Shown here one piece after another: positions 12,941-25,841 of a stretch of 64,000 bases of DNA (the stretch's first letter is position 1; every line of letters begins with the position of its first letter). The stretch covers positions 93,498,001 to 93,562,000 of the forward strand of contig NW_024704743.1 in NCBI RefSeq assembly GCF_018977255.1, given 5' to 3'. This stretch comes from Callorhinchus milii (taxonomy: Eukaryota). The notes beneath the pieces are model-generated. The model did no database searches. It saw only the letters and a list, made by a program, of their open reading frames with translations, and was not told the DNA's origin. The translations under genes were made by a program, and so were the position numbers.

Positions 12941-13253
12941 ATGTTGAAGGTGGTGTATATGTGGCGAGCGGTGCAGGCCGGCAGGGCGGCTCGGTGCAAG
13001 GTGGGGCTGCGAGGCTGCCCCGTGGCTGCGGTGCGCTGCTCTGCCCTCTCCGGGCCCGGGCCCGGGGCTTCCCCGCTGCCGAGCCCCGGCTCGTTGCGCT
13101 GCGAGGGGCGGACCAGCCCGGGCCCGGGTCCCACTCGGGGCATTTTCGCGGCGGCCAACCTGCAAGGCGGCGGCGGCGGCAATCCGCAGAGGGACCGAAG
13201 GCACGAAGTGGCGCTGAAACGGGACACCCCGACCCCGTCGACGGCTCAGAAAG
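12941..13253 (+). CDS. TIMM21: TIMM21 coding exon 1 (mitochondrial presequence region)
   Basis: ATG at 12941 opens an Arg/Ala/Gly-rich N-terminus, MLKVVYMWRAVQAGRAARCKVGLR...PTPSTAQK. It ends at a phase-1 donor AG|gtaact and splices in frame to VKEAGRD. Confidence 0.88.
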
Positions 13254-13283
13254 GTAACTGGATCAGAGCTCAGCTCTGCGCCA

Positions 13284-13622
13284 TAATAATAATAATATTC
13301 ATTATTATAGTAATCCTTTGCATTTGATACAGCGCTTTTCACGTCGGGAGGACGTCCCAAAGCGCTTGCACAGAACACACTGTAAAGTGAATTGACTGTA
13401 TATTTGTGGGCGAACGTGGCAGCCAATTGCGCACAGCAATGTCCCACAAACAGTCGTAGATTGAAAATGACCAATTTATTATTGTTTTTGGTTTTGGAGG
13501 GATTATTATTAGGCTCTGTGTGGAGTAAGGAAACTTGCCCAAGGTTTCGCCCTCTGCCTGGAATTGAACTCGGGTCTCTCACTTGCAAAGCGAGTGCTCT
13601 AACCACTGAGCCACAGGACTCC
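13284..13622 (-). mobile_element. Young tRNA-derived SINE, 30 nt into TIMM21 intron 1
   Basis: Head GGAGTCCTGTGGCTCAGTGGTTAGAGCACTCGC (A box) and GAGTTCAATTCC (B box); (ATT)n tail. Confidence 0.92.
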
Positions 13623-14068
13623 ACAATAGTGGGAGTGCTGGTCATATCGTGGCCAAATGTTTGATTCAAACCTCTCACCCTTCCTGAAGGTACGCAGTCC
13701 AGTCAGCATTAAATAAGTAGGAATGCAGGGCAGCGGGAGGGAGGCCATTCAGCCTATCAAGACCTCACTCTGAGGCACTGTCCTGCATGAAGGGCACTCT
13801 GTAAGTGCAAGTTGTTGTTTCACCAGTCTATCAGATGGTTGAAGGCTCTGCCCCTTCACCATTACCCCTTTCTGGTACTCCGCACATTTTGATATTGCAC
13901 CTTTCACATCGGGAGAAAGTCGCTTCACGGGATTTATTGTAAGATGTAGTGACGAGTATTTTGTTCTCAAAACTTTAATACCTCAAAGTGAACGCATTGC
14001 CAGTTATACAGAAAGCATATAGTGTATGGGTGTAAACTGTGGAGTGCTTAACCCCCCCCCGAGGGGTG

Positions 14069-14470
14069 TAACAACAACAACAAATTTGTAGAGCGCCTTT
14101 CACGTCAGGAGGACGTCCCAAGATACTGGACAGTCAGCGTTTCGGAGCCGAGCTGGGGTCGGGATTGGGGAGGATGGAGGGCGGGGGGGAGGGGGGACGG
14201 AGGATGATCAAAGGCACGGTTGAAGAGGAGGGTCTTGAAACGGTTCTTGAATGAGGCAAGGGAGGGGGCGAGGCGGAGGGACTACGGGATGGAGTTCCAC
14301 AGGGTGGGGGCAGGAGTGCCTGAAGGCAGGCCAGAGCCCGCTGAGCGGAGGGAATGGACAGATTGGTAGGGGGTTAGGAGGTCGCAGAGGTAATGCGGAG
14401 CAAGGCCACGGAAGGCTTTGAAGGTGAGGACCAGGATCTTAACCAGTATCCCCTGTGTGATGGGAAGTAA
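14069..14470 (-). mobile_element. L2 3' end fragment; further short copies near 1-180, 1950-2220, 4340-4670, 15110-15362, 20905-21220, 32310-32540, 33580-33780 and 40850-41055
   Basis: Shared 3' terminus ...ttgggacgtcctccYgacgtgaaaggcgct.tataaatg...(ttg)n. Confidence 0.82.
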
Positions 14471-15668
14471 CAAGATTATCGGGGGTGCGAGGACCTGACT
14501 GCATATCTTCCAACAATCCCGTTTTGACCCCCCAAATCCGCTGTCCCGGTACATTTCTCGCATTTACAAATCAAAATGCAAGGATTATTATTATTTAATC
14601 TTACAAGTGTTCTTGCGAGGCTGGTGCAGGTTCGCACACAGCCCAGTTGCTTCCCGCACTCAGAGGTAAGTTTTTTTTATTGCATTCTGCATCAGCCACT
14701 TGAAACTTTTGGAGATATCTGACTGGTTAAGAATTTTTTGATAGAAAATAGGCTTATCCTACTCCCTGAAACAAAGGTGAGTCATCCAGTATTCGTTTAT
14801 GTGCAAGTTTATTCAACAGTAGAGTAGTGTTAGTGTTCCATTTATGTTGCTTTCTGCTTAAACAATTTGCTATATTAGCCGAGAAAATAAAATCTGCATG
14901 TTCTGTGCAAAAATACTGTTTCTTAGAAAGAGGGGGCACATGGAACAAGAATCTCCGAAGTGGGGGGAAAGCAGAAAAAAGTTTGGGAACCTCTGAAATA
15001 GAGAATGCTGTTTGGCGATGGATTAAAAGCAAGTTTAACTATAGGACTCCAACTTACCTCATGTCCCCCTCCTCGCCCGTTCTACCATTGGTGCGTGAGA
15101 CTTCAGCCAATCTGCCCCCACCCTGTGGAACTCCATCCCGCAGTCCCTCCGCCTCACCCCCTCCCTTGCTTCCTTCAAGACCCATCTCAAGACCCTCCTC
15201 TTCAACCGTGCGTTTGATCACCCTCCTTCCCTACCCACCCCCCACCCTCCACCTTCCCTGATCCTAACCCGCAGCTCGGGTCTGAAACACTGACTGTTCA
15301 GGGTCTTGGGATGTCCTCCTGACATGAAAGACTATAGAAATGTAATTTTGTTGTTGTTGTTGTTCTGGATCCCTGCTGTTCATAACTGTCTTAAGGTACT
15401 TTTAGTAACAATGTAACATTTGTTGATGTTACTGTATTGTGCGGATGATACATACAAAACTATCAGGACAAGTTATTCCTCTTAGCATTGGTATATTGAC
15501 CAAGGAGGAACTAATAGATTTAATGTAACTAAATCTGAGATAATGCACATTCTGAACTGCTGAGGACTTTAAATTCAGATTATTGCAGTTTCCATGTATT
15601 TTACATAATTTGGGGGTCAAGGATGATTTTCATTGTTGGCTGCTGGGTATCATGTGAGATATAGCTCA

Positions 15669-15978
15669 GGAGTCCTGTAGCTCAGTGGTTAGAGCACTCA
15701 CCTCACAAACGAGACACTTGGGTTCGATTCCCGGCAGGGCGAAACCTTGGGCAAGTTTCCTTACTCCACATGCCTGATAATAATCCCGCAAGAAAAAAAT
15801 AATAATAAATTGGTCACTGCAAACCACGACTATTTGTGGGACATTGCTGTTCACAATTGGCTGTCGCATTTCACCCACAAATATACAGTCAATTCACTTT
15901 ACAGCATATTCTGTGAAGCGCTTTGAGATGTCTGGAAGACGTGAAAAGGGCTATATCAAGTGCAAGGATTATTATTAT
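15669..15978 (+). mobile_element. tRNA-derived SINE (short form); another full copy at 42799-43114 (+); 3' fragments at 12587-12698 (-) and 42029-42168 (+)
   Basis: GGAGTCCTGTAGCTCAGTGGTTAG head and GGTTCGATTCC B box. Confidence 0.9.
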
Positions 15979-16544
15979 ACAGCTAGGATATTCAATCTGA
16001 TTATTGCATGACATTCATACCAAAGGATTAAAGACTATCACAGAATACAGTAATTGCTATGTAGAACAGCTCATTCCAGGAAAATAGAAGTTAATGGAAA
16101 AGTTTGTCAGCTTGTGATGGAACTTTGAAATCATATGCTCTGGACTGATGCTTCAATTTCAGTACTGAATTATTGTAGGTGCTCTTCTTCAGATAAGCCA
16201 TTAAACCGAGGTTCCATCTGTCTTTTCAGGTAGATGTTAAAATCCCTTGGCACTATTTGAAAAGTGAAGGGAATTTTTCGATGTGCTGGCCAATAATTCC
16301 TAAAATAGAATTGGCCGTTGACTTCATAGCTATTGTGAGTCATTGCTGTGCACAAATGGACTATTATAGTTGCCTACAAATACTACCCACTGCACTTTAT
16401 AATATATTCTGTGAAACACTTTGAAACAATCTCCAAACTTGAAATATGCTATACCAAATGCAAATATAATTATCTCAACTGATGGTAATGTTGTGGGTTT
16501 CATTTCAGCATGCTTTATTAACCGATTGGAAAGTTCTGCGACTT

Positions 16545-17430
16545 CCAGTCTACTGATGTCCTGTCAACTTGTTTGATGGACATCAAGGCCTGGATAAGCG
16601 CAAATTTCCTGCAGCTGAATGCCGGCAAGTCAGAAGCCATACTCTTTGGCTCCTGTCAACGTCTTCTCTTCTGTAGGTCTGAAATCCTCAACCTCCCCGG
16701 GCTCTCCCTCAGATTCTCCAAACCCATTCGCAACTCAGGTGTCAGGTTCGGTCCTCAGCTTTCCTTTCTAACATCCGTTCTCTGACCAGGACCGCTTTTT
16801 TCCATCTCTGCCACATCCCTCGCCTCTGTCCATACTTCACAACCCACACAGCTGAAACCCTTGTCCACGCTTTCGGCACTTCTGGACTGGACTATTTCAA
16901 TGCCCTCCTCGCTGGTCTCCAAAGCTCCACCTTACACAAAATCCAATTAATTCAAAACTCCACCGCCCAGATACTCATCCACTTGAAACTCTTTACCTCC
17001 ATCACACCAGTCCTTGCCAGGCTCCACTGGCTCCCAATCACCGAGCTGATCAACTTCAAGATCCTCTCACTCGTTTTCAAATCACTTAATTCCCTCACAC
17101 CTCCCTACTTATCTGAGCTGCTTACGCCCCACTCCACTACCTGCTGCCTCCGCTGGGCTGGCTCCGGCCTCCTATTTGTCCCTCGTACCTTCAGTTTCAC
17201 CATCGGTTGCCGTGCCTTCAGCCGCTATGCCGCGAAACTCTGGAACTTTCTCCCTCAATCACTCTGTCTTGCCTCCTCCCTCCCCACCTTCAAATCCCAC
17301 TTAAAGATCTTCTTTTGATTATGCTTACGGTCACCTCCCCCACTCCCATTCCCCTTGGCTCGTTGTCGGACGAGCCAGGGTGATGCGCTACCCCGTGTGA
17401 AGGACGCTATGTAAATGCAAGTTGTTGTTT
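16545..17430 (+). mobile_element. L2-clade LINE 3' fragment in TIMM21 intron 1
   Basis: DIKAWISANFLQLNAGKSE and [13 protein letters not shown] motifs; GTTGTT tail. Confidence 0.9.
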
Positions 17431-18696
17431 TTGATGAATCATGTTAGAAGAAACATTGGTTACCAAACTTTCCAATTGGATGCCTCTAACCTCTGGGACT
17501 CCTTTCTTCCATCTTTTATAAGACTCAGGTTATGTTTGTGCATGGGCTTGAGTTCAAGCTAATCTCTGAGATTACAGTCCATAAGAATACTTCAAAATTC
17601 ACAATTAGGATTTCAACAACACGCGTTTCTTATATGCCTCTTGTTTCTTTTGAACAATACAACTAATAAAATGCACACTTATGTAATCTTTCTGATCTTT
17701 AGCAAGGACAGCTAAAACGTAGAACCCTGGGAGAATCGGGTTTAGCTGTCTGGAGTCAGATTAGGCCTATCACTAGATAATAATAATATAATAAATCTTG
17801 CATTTGATAGTGCTTTATCATATCTTTGAGAAGTCTCAATCGCTTCACAGAATATACTGTAAATTGACTGTATATTTTGTAGGCGAAACATGGCAGCCAA
17901 TTGCGCACAGCAGTGTCCCACAAACAATCGTGGATTGAAGTGACCAATTTTTAAAAAAATTTTTGGAGGGATCATTACCCCCGGAAAAGCAATCCGCCAA
18001 TCGACTAACAACCGGGTTCCTACTTACTTTTAGGTAAACAGAAGCGTCTGGAGTAAGGAAACTTGGCCAACGTTTCATCCTGCCGGGAATCGAACCCAGG
18101 TCTCTTGCTTGGAAGGCCATTGCTCTAACCACTGACCTACAAGATCTCGACACTCCAAACCTCAGTCCCAAGGAATCCTGCCTTTGTCTTTATATAGGCT
18201 TGCAATTTGTATATTTTAGCATGTTATTTTGTCTTAGTATTTTGTCTCCGGCATGTCTAGCGTTGCGTTCAATGTTTTACTTCATCTCCTTTAGATTTTA
18301 TACATGAACAGGTGACGCACCACTGTCATTACAAGCCCCTCCATCTTGCCCCTCTCTATTTGGCTATGCAAATGTAATTTGTTGTTGTTGTGCTCTTCAA
18401 GTCCAGCCTTAAAACCTACCTCTGATCATGACTATGGTCAACTCTTCCTCCCGTCCCCCCACCCCCATGGAGTCGCCTTTGTAACGCATTCCGAAACATT
18501 GTTCTATATGAAGATTGCTTTGTAAATGCATGTTTTTGTTGTGCTAAGAAAATAATCATGGTTGTTATTATAAGAAGCCAGTACCGACATGAAAGGCATC
18601 ATGCAAATTAAATTTGTTGTTGTTGTTAGGGTAGCATTGATGCTATGAAACAACAGAATGTGCTCAAAGTTATTTTAAATTCTTCTGTACCATCAG

Positions 18697-18759
18697 TGAA
18701 AGAAGCTGGAAGAGACCTCACCTATCTCGCCGTAGTGGTAGTTGGGATTGCCGTAACTG
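18697..18759 (+). CDS. TIMM21: TIMM21 exon 2 (transmembrane helix)
   Basis: catcag| ... |gtaaga; 63 bp encoding VKEAGRDLTYLAVVVVGIAVTG, matching vertebrate Tim21 VKEAGRDFTYLIVVL. Confidence 0.96.
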
Positions 18760-18962
18760 GTAAGATATTTCTCTTTTATGGGTATATATTTGTGTTTACG
18801 CACCGGCAATCTTTAAGAGAAGTACTATATTTCCTATAAATCATCAGTGACTTGGAGGCCATTAATGAGTTGGGATGAAATAAGTCCTTCAAACTAAAAA
18901 TACTACCTCTTCCCCATGCAGTGTTCTTCCTTCCCCTTTAAAGTAAACTTCTGTCATTGCAG

Positions 18963-19060
18963 GTGGATTGTTCTATGTGATATTTAAAGAACTGTTCTCC
19001 TCCTCAAGTCCCAACAAAATATACGGAGCTGCTTTGGAAAAGTGTAGAGCCCATCCAGAG
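18963..19060 (+). CDS. TIMM21: TIMM21 exon 3
   Basis: ttgcag| ... |gtatgc; encodes [32 protein letters not shown]. Confidence 0.97.
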
Positions 19061-22000
19061 GTATGCTAGTTTAAAGTTCTGCATTGTGATTTGAATGTAT
19101 CATTAAAGCTCCATATCAATCACTGTTTTGTGTGGAAGTTGACAGCATTTCCTTATAATGAACCCCATTCTGTAGATTTACTTGTTGCCAGACATTTGTT
19201 TTTTGTCTTCCTCTTTAGCAAACTATCAGTCTTTCGCAGAATAACTTCTGTTTAGAAATCCAGAGAGAATTCCTGCTTCTCATCCTTCTTTGGCCCCCTC
19301 TGCTGGTTGTGCGTATAAGTGGCAGCCGGTTGAGGAGAAGCTAATCTCAACAGTGTCCTCCTACAACTAAGCCAAAACCCTAATGGCTAGGGTGGACAAC
19401 CCGACCCGTTAGGGTTTTGTCCTGTTTAGCTCCTGTTAACCTTGCAGGGTTAACAGGAGCGAAATGGGACAGCTGTCTGCCCCCAGTGACTGGTCTGCCC
19501 TTCCAGGTCCTGTCGATGAGCCAGGAATATTGCGGAACCACCTGGCTCAGGAACTGGACTTCCGAGGGAGACTGCCATAGAGGGCTGGGTTGATTCCGAC
19601 ATTCCATTGCCAAGCATTTTACGTTGGAGCCAGTTCAGCTCTAAGGAGACCCCACTTACTTCCTCACCCCCAAGGCTATAGTCAATTCCTTGAACATTTT
19701 CAAGTCTGAGACTGATAGATTTTTTAAAAACTAGAGGGATTAGGGGATATGGGAATAGGGCAGGTAATTAGAGTTAGGTCAGAAAATCAACCATGATCTT
19801 ATTGAATGGTGGGGCAGGCTCGAGGGGCCGAATGGCCTACTCCTGCTCCTAATTCTTATGTTCTTAGTAGTCGGTTATTCAACATCCGACAAGCGCCTGT
19901 TTGAGCCCTCACGAGGGGATGGTAGGTACCAGTGGCCTAGCAGGACTTGCTGCTTTGTGAGATGTGAGCACTTGGAGCAGGTATCGGAGGGTGACCAGTG
20001 CCTGTAGAACCACATTCTAGCATGAGGAGGTCAAACCAGGGCATGTAGAAGCATATGCCAAATAAGAAGCAAAAATAGAAAAATAATTGGACGTATTATT
20101 TTTTTCTTTAAAAGGATACTTAAAGGACAAAGATAGAGAAGGGATGAAAACTGGATGTTTTTCAGAATCGAGAGAAGTGATTGATTGGTTGTGACTTTGC
20201 GATTTTAGAGCTGTGTTACAACCATTGCTTTTTTCTCTCTCTCATATTTACTTACCAAAAAATCCAAATTGCACAGCGAAAGCTGGAAACATAGCACAGG
20301 AAATGAATTGGTGGCAACTAGATAATTCAGTTTTGTTTTAGCATGTAAAAAGCTGTCCAGTATTTTGAAGGGCGCTGACTTCTGAAGTTAAAAATAAATA
20401 ACAGTTATTGTTGCATTTGATATAGTGACTTTCATTTTAAAAGGATGTCTCACAAAGTATGTATTTTATTGTGAAGTATAGTGACTATATGCTTTGTAGG
20501 TGTATTTTGAATGCAGAAGTGTCGACTATGACGCCTGTTTTATTGCCGATTGTGATTTTATGGACCCAGTGTTTATAATGAGGCTCTCGTGTACATGTAT
20601 GTGAATATATTTCTGGTTTATCCACTAAATAAACTTGCTGAGTCATCCAAGGTCTGTTCAAACTCTTTAATATTTGAAAGAAGAAACGTCTGAACAGATG
20701 GCAGCAGCACAGAGCCTGAGCCAAGGGATTTGGCAAGATCATTAGATGGAGTAAGTTACACCCACACAAGCTCCGTCGCTCACTGTATCGTGATCTCAGA
20801 GTTAAATCCTCATCATCTTCTGGCTCGAGCAATGCACCTGACAAAATAAACATCTGTGAATTATAAAATAAACAAAGACTCAAAGCACATGTGTGGAATT
20901 GTTAGGGAAAAACATCAAGTACCAAGTTTTTGAAAAGAGTTTTGAAAGTGGCTGAAGGCTTGGCCACTGATGGTGTTATGGAGCTTGTAAGGGATGTGCA
21001 GCAAGCCTGACCGAGAAGTGAAGGGAACGGGCAGGAGAGCGGCACTGAAGGAGATTGCAGAGATAGGGTATGGAGGAATATCAAGATCAGGGTGAAGACC
21101 TTGATAATGATTCACAGGGAGACGGGGAGAAAATGGAGCCTGGCAAGGATGGGAGTGTTGGGTTTGGTGTGGGAGAGGATAGGGTTGCTGAGTTCTGGAT
21201 GAGCAGGAGCTTGTCCAGGGTGGAGCAGAAGGCCCTTCTCATTTGATCTCATTCTTCCAGAATACCCATTCAGCCATCCTTCCATTATAGGTTCAAACTG
21301 TTACTTGAATCAGTCTAATGCACTGGCCTCGACTATACTTATGATGACCTGTTCCAGTTGTTAAATACCTTCTGGGTGAAAACATATTTTCTGATTTGTC
21401 TTGTTTATTTTGATGTCCATTTAGCAGGGTAATAGTTAAAAATATTCAGAAATGCTTTAATTGATAGTTTTATAGAGCTGCTCACTTGGAAGTTAAGTTG
21501 TCATCTTTAACACGTTGCTCATTTTGAAACCTGGTCTCCTCTTCACTGGGAGAAGCAGAGGCACTAGTAGATAAAGAGGAAAATAATAAAATAACTTCTT
21601 AAGAGAATTCATGCCTCTGTAAAGTGTAATTGTGTGTATCGTAGAATTGAAATTAATTTGTATCGCCTGAAAAACCTTCCTTTTCGAACCGTGCTTACGG
21701 TCACCTCTTCCATCTGGCTCGGAGACAGGCTCCGCCATTGTTAAGCGCTCTGAGATGCTACCTTACGTGGAGAGTGCTATATAAGTGCAAATTGTTGTTG
21801 TTGAAATTCAAAATACGTCAGCATCCAAACTAAATAAAATATAACAATATGACTTTCAGAGATTCACTCAAGTAAATTGGTCCCTACCTCTGCTGTTACA
21901 AGGTAATTGTACCCTATCTGTTATTACAAGGTACCTGCTCCCTAACTGGTGTTTGCAACGTACTTGCTATCTATTGCTGTTATTCAGGGTGCCTGCTCCC

Positions 22001-23516
22001 TGCTCCTTGTGCCTGTTATTACAAGGCTGAAGGATGAATAGCTTGCATTGATTTATATTGAAAAACTTGCTCTTATATAGCATCTTTTATGTGGGATGAA
22101 TGTCTCGAGTGATTGACAGATGTTGTAAATCACTAAGGAAGGGACAAAAGGAAGGGGAATTTGCTGATGATGATCAAAGTCACAGCCAGAGATTCATATT
22201 TAAATAGTTTTTGAAGGCAGAACTGGTGGAGAAAGACAAAAACAGATGTTAAAAATGTTTCACAGAGGAGGAGCATTGTGGCTTAAACTTCATTTGCTTG
22301 TGACCATTCCAGGTACATACAGGCAACAACAACAACTTATATTTATACAACGGTAGTGTCTTGGATGCCTTAAATACATAGAGTATTGTCAATTTTCACA
22401 TGCACAGTGACATTCTGGGTTAAATCAATCCCCACCCAATTGATGTTTCAGGCCATAAGTATTTTTCAGTGTTTCTTTGTGCAATTATTTGTCTGTGTAT
22501 TGTAATTTGTTTGAATAGTAACTCACAATTACAAGATGGAGGAGCTGGTAATTGTTTTGTGTAGTTCAGGTCAACATTGTTACTAAGTGCCTCACTAGAG
22601 CATGAGTTGGTCAAAACTCAAGGAATGTTGTGGACCTGGGGTTATGCAATTGGCTGCCGGGTTTCACCCACAAAATATACAGCCACTACACTTTATAGTA
22701 TATTCTGTGAAGCGCTTTGAGACATCTCGAAGATGTGATGACAACAACAACTTGCATCTATATAGTGCCCTCCACACAGGGTAGCGTCTCAGAGCACTTA
22801 ACAGTGGTGGAGCCACTCCGAGCCAGTGGAGGGGGTGTAGGTGGCCGTAAGCACAGTTAAAGTTAAGGCACTATATCAAATCAAGGATTACTATTACATT
22901 TCCAGCCCGGACGTTTCAGCTTTGTGCAAGCCGGAAGTTGGAAGGAGGGTCAATAACTAACAACCCAGAATCAGGATTGGTAGTCTTTTTTTCACAGACC
23001 TGTTATAATGAAACTTCCAGGACATCTAATGATATATTGCACCACTGTATAAATATTGTATAAGTTCCCCCCAATGAATAGTGTGTCTGTCTGTCTCTCC
23101 TTGATCATATGCTGTTTATGTATAATGCTTTTGCGCATTTATAATTGTATCAGTGCACATGTATTTCCAATGACAGCAAATTTATGATAAATCAGGTAAC
23201 AAATTATTGGTTTCCTCTTTGATGAGCTGTATCACAGATTTGATGGACTAAATGTCCTGTACCTATGCTGTTTCTATGCTGTATGGATTCCTGACTGTTC
23301 AGCACTTTAGAACGTCCTCCTGACGTGAAAGGCTATACAAATGTAATTTTTTGTTGTTGTTGTGACATTCTATGGTTCAAAGTGCGACACTGATAACAGC
23401 TAGTTATGAAGTATAAAATTCTAGTTTAAGGCAGAATTGTAAAAAAAAATTCTGATGCGTGTAATGATATTTTAAATATTCGTAGTTAGATTTTTATTTT
23501 TGTTTTGTTTGGCCAG

Positions 23517-23590
23517 ATAATTGGAGCGTTGGGCGGACCTATAAAAGGTTATGGAGAGACAACTCGACGGGGTAGACGACGGCATGTCAG
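23517..23590 (+). CDS. TIMM21: TIMM21 exon 4
   Basis: ggccag| ... |gtaaac; encodes IIGALGGPIKGYGETTRRGRRRHVS, with the hallmark KGYGExTRRGRR. Confidence 0.97.
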
Positions 23591-24614
23591 GTAAACTCAA
23601 AAACACATCTTAAGAAGAATTCTTGCATTTGTTATAGATTCCCTCACATCAGGAGGACCTCTCAAAGTGCTTCACAGGTTTTACTATAAGGAGTAGTGAC
23701 TGTGTATTTTATAGGCAAATGTGGCATCCAATTTGCATACAGAAATACCCTACAAACAGTCATGCACGAATGCCCAATTTTAACTCTCATTATTGCATGC
23801 AGTTCTGGTCACTGCGACATTAAGGGGCTGCTCAGGACCTAGAGACAGTGCAGAGAGAGCATCGAGGATGATCCTCAGTGTTAGAGGAATCAGCTAGGGC
23901 TCTACAGTCTTGAGAGAAGATGACTCTGAGGGGACCTCATAGAGGTGAATAAAATTTTAACTGGGATAAGAAAAGAAAAACCTCAGTATTTTAAGATGCA
24001 TCAAGTTGGTAGAACAAGAAGACATAGGTTTAGAGTTGTAAAGGGAAATTGCAGGACAGGTACCAGGAAGTTTTTCTTAACACAGAGGTTAAATTATGAC
24101 TGACAGTTTGCCAGGAAAGGTGGTAGAGGCCAGGAAGTGACATCAGATGACCCAGAAACTGGACCAATGGCTGCTTTGTGGACAATGCGACTAATATTTT
24201 GGGGGATCTGAGACACTGCATTATAAAGTGGTTTCCATCTAATGATTTGTTTTATGGTATCTTATTAAAGTGGAGTCTTGTAGCTTAGTGGTTAGAGCAC
24301 TTGCCTAGCAAACGAGAGGACCTGGGTTCGGTTCCCAGCAGGGCGAAACGTTGGGCAAGTTTCTTTACTCCACATGTCTCTGTTCACTTTGCAGTAAGTA
24401 GGAACGCGATATTTAGTTGATTGGCGGATCGCTTTTCGGGGGTAAGAATACCTTCAATAAAATAAATAAATAATAATTTGGTCATTCAATCCACAACTAT
24501 TTGTGAAATACTGATGTGTACAATTAGCTGCCACGTTTCACCCACAAAATATACAGTCAACTTTATAGAATATTCTTTGAAGTGCTTAGAGACATCTCAA
24601 AGACATGATAAGGC

Positions 24615-25841
24615 ATCTTTTTCATAAAGTAACAGAGAGGGTGGATGAAGGTAGTGCAGTTAATGTAGTTTATGTGGATTTTTAAAAGGCGTTTGATAAA
24701 GTGCCACATAAGAGACGTAAGCAAAATAGAAGTCCATGGTATTAAAGGGACAGTGTCAGCATAGATACAGAACTGACTGGGAGACAGAAAGCAGAGAGTG
24801 GTGCTGAACAGTTGTTTTTCTGACTGGAGGGAAGTGTGCAGTGGTGTCCCACAGGGGTCAGTATTGGGACCACTGCTGTTTTTGATCTATATAAATGACC
24901 TGGACTTGGGTGTAGAGAGTACAGTTTCCAAGTTTGCAGGTGATACTAAGCTCGGAAAAGTAGTAAACGGTGAGAAGGATAGTAGCAGACTGCAAGAGGA
25001 CATAGACAGACTGGTAAAATGGACAGATGAAGTATAATGTGGAGAAATGCAAAGTGATGCACTTTGAGAGGAAGAATGAGGAGAGGCAATATAAGCTAAA
25101 TGGTACAATGTTATAGGGGGTGAAGGAACAGAGAGACCTGGGAGTTCATATATGCAAATCTTTGAAGGTGGCAAGGCAGGTAGATAAAGTTGTTTTTTTA
25201 AAAAAAAGCATACGGGATACGAGGCTTTATAATAGGGGTATAGAATACAAAAGTCAGGACGTTTTATGAGCCTTTATAAAACACTGGTTAGGCCTCAGCT
25301 AGAGTACTGTGTTCAGTTCTGGGCCCCACACTTCAGGAAGGATGTCAAGGGATTGTAGAGGGTTACAAAAGAGATTTACCAGGATCGTACCAGGAATGAG
25401 GGACTTCAGTTATCAGGAGAGGCTAGAGAAGCTAGGATTATTCTCCTTGGAGCAGAGAAGGTTAAGAGATGATTTAATAGATTATGAGGGGATTTGATAG
25501 GGTGAACAAGGAGAAACTGTTTCCACTGGCAGGTGGGTCGGTAACCCGGGGCACCGATTTAAAATAGTTGTTAAAAGAAACAGAGGGGAGGTGAGGAGAA
25601 ATGTTTTCACACAGTGAGTTGTTCGGATCTGAAATGCATTGCCTGAAAGGGTGGTGGAAGCCGGTTCAATAACAACTTTTAAGAGAGAAATAGATATAGA
25701 TTTGGGGAGGACAAGTTTGCAGGGCTATGAAAAGAGAGCGGGGGAGTGGGATTGAATTGGATAGCTCTTTTCAAAGAACCAGAACAAGCATGATGGACCG
25801 AATGGCCTCCTTCTGTACTATATAATTCTATGATTCTATGA
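24615..25841 (+). mobile_element. CR1-clade LINE, 5'-truncated, inserted into a SINE
   Basis: DFxKAFDKVPH-coding sequence, SGVPQGSVLGPLLFLIYINDLD, KFAGDTKL and LGLFSLEQRRLRDDLI motifs; ATTCTATG 3' repeats. Confidence 0.93.

Noticed and set aside
12821..13678. 285-aa minus-strand ORF
   Set aside because: It is a chimera of a SINE and the antisense of GC-rich TIMM21 exon 1.
15669..15745. tRNA-like sequences (also at 42799, 53248 and 62834)
   Set aside because: They are SINE heads that continue into a shared body and (ATT)n tail, not tRNA genes.
20780..20825. C/D box snoRNA-like ATGATGA...CTGA on the minus strand
   Set aside because: It is antisense to the host gene, the boxes are too close together, and there is no terminal stem.
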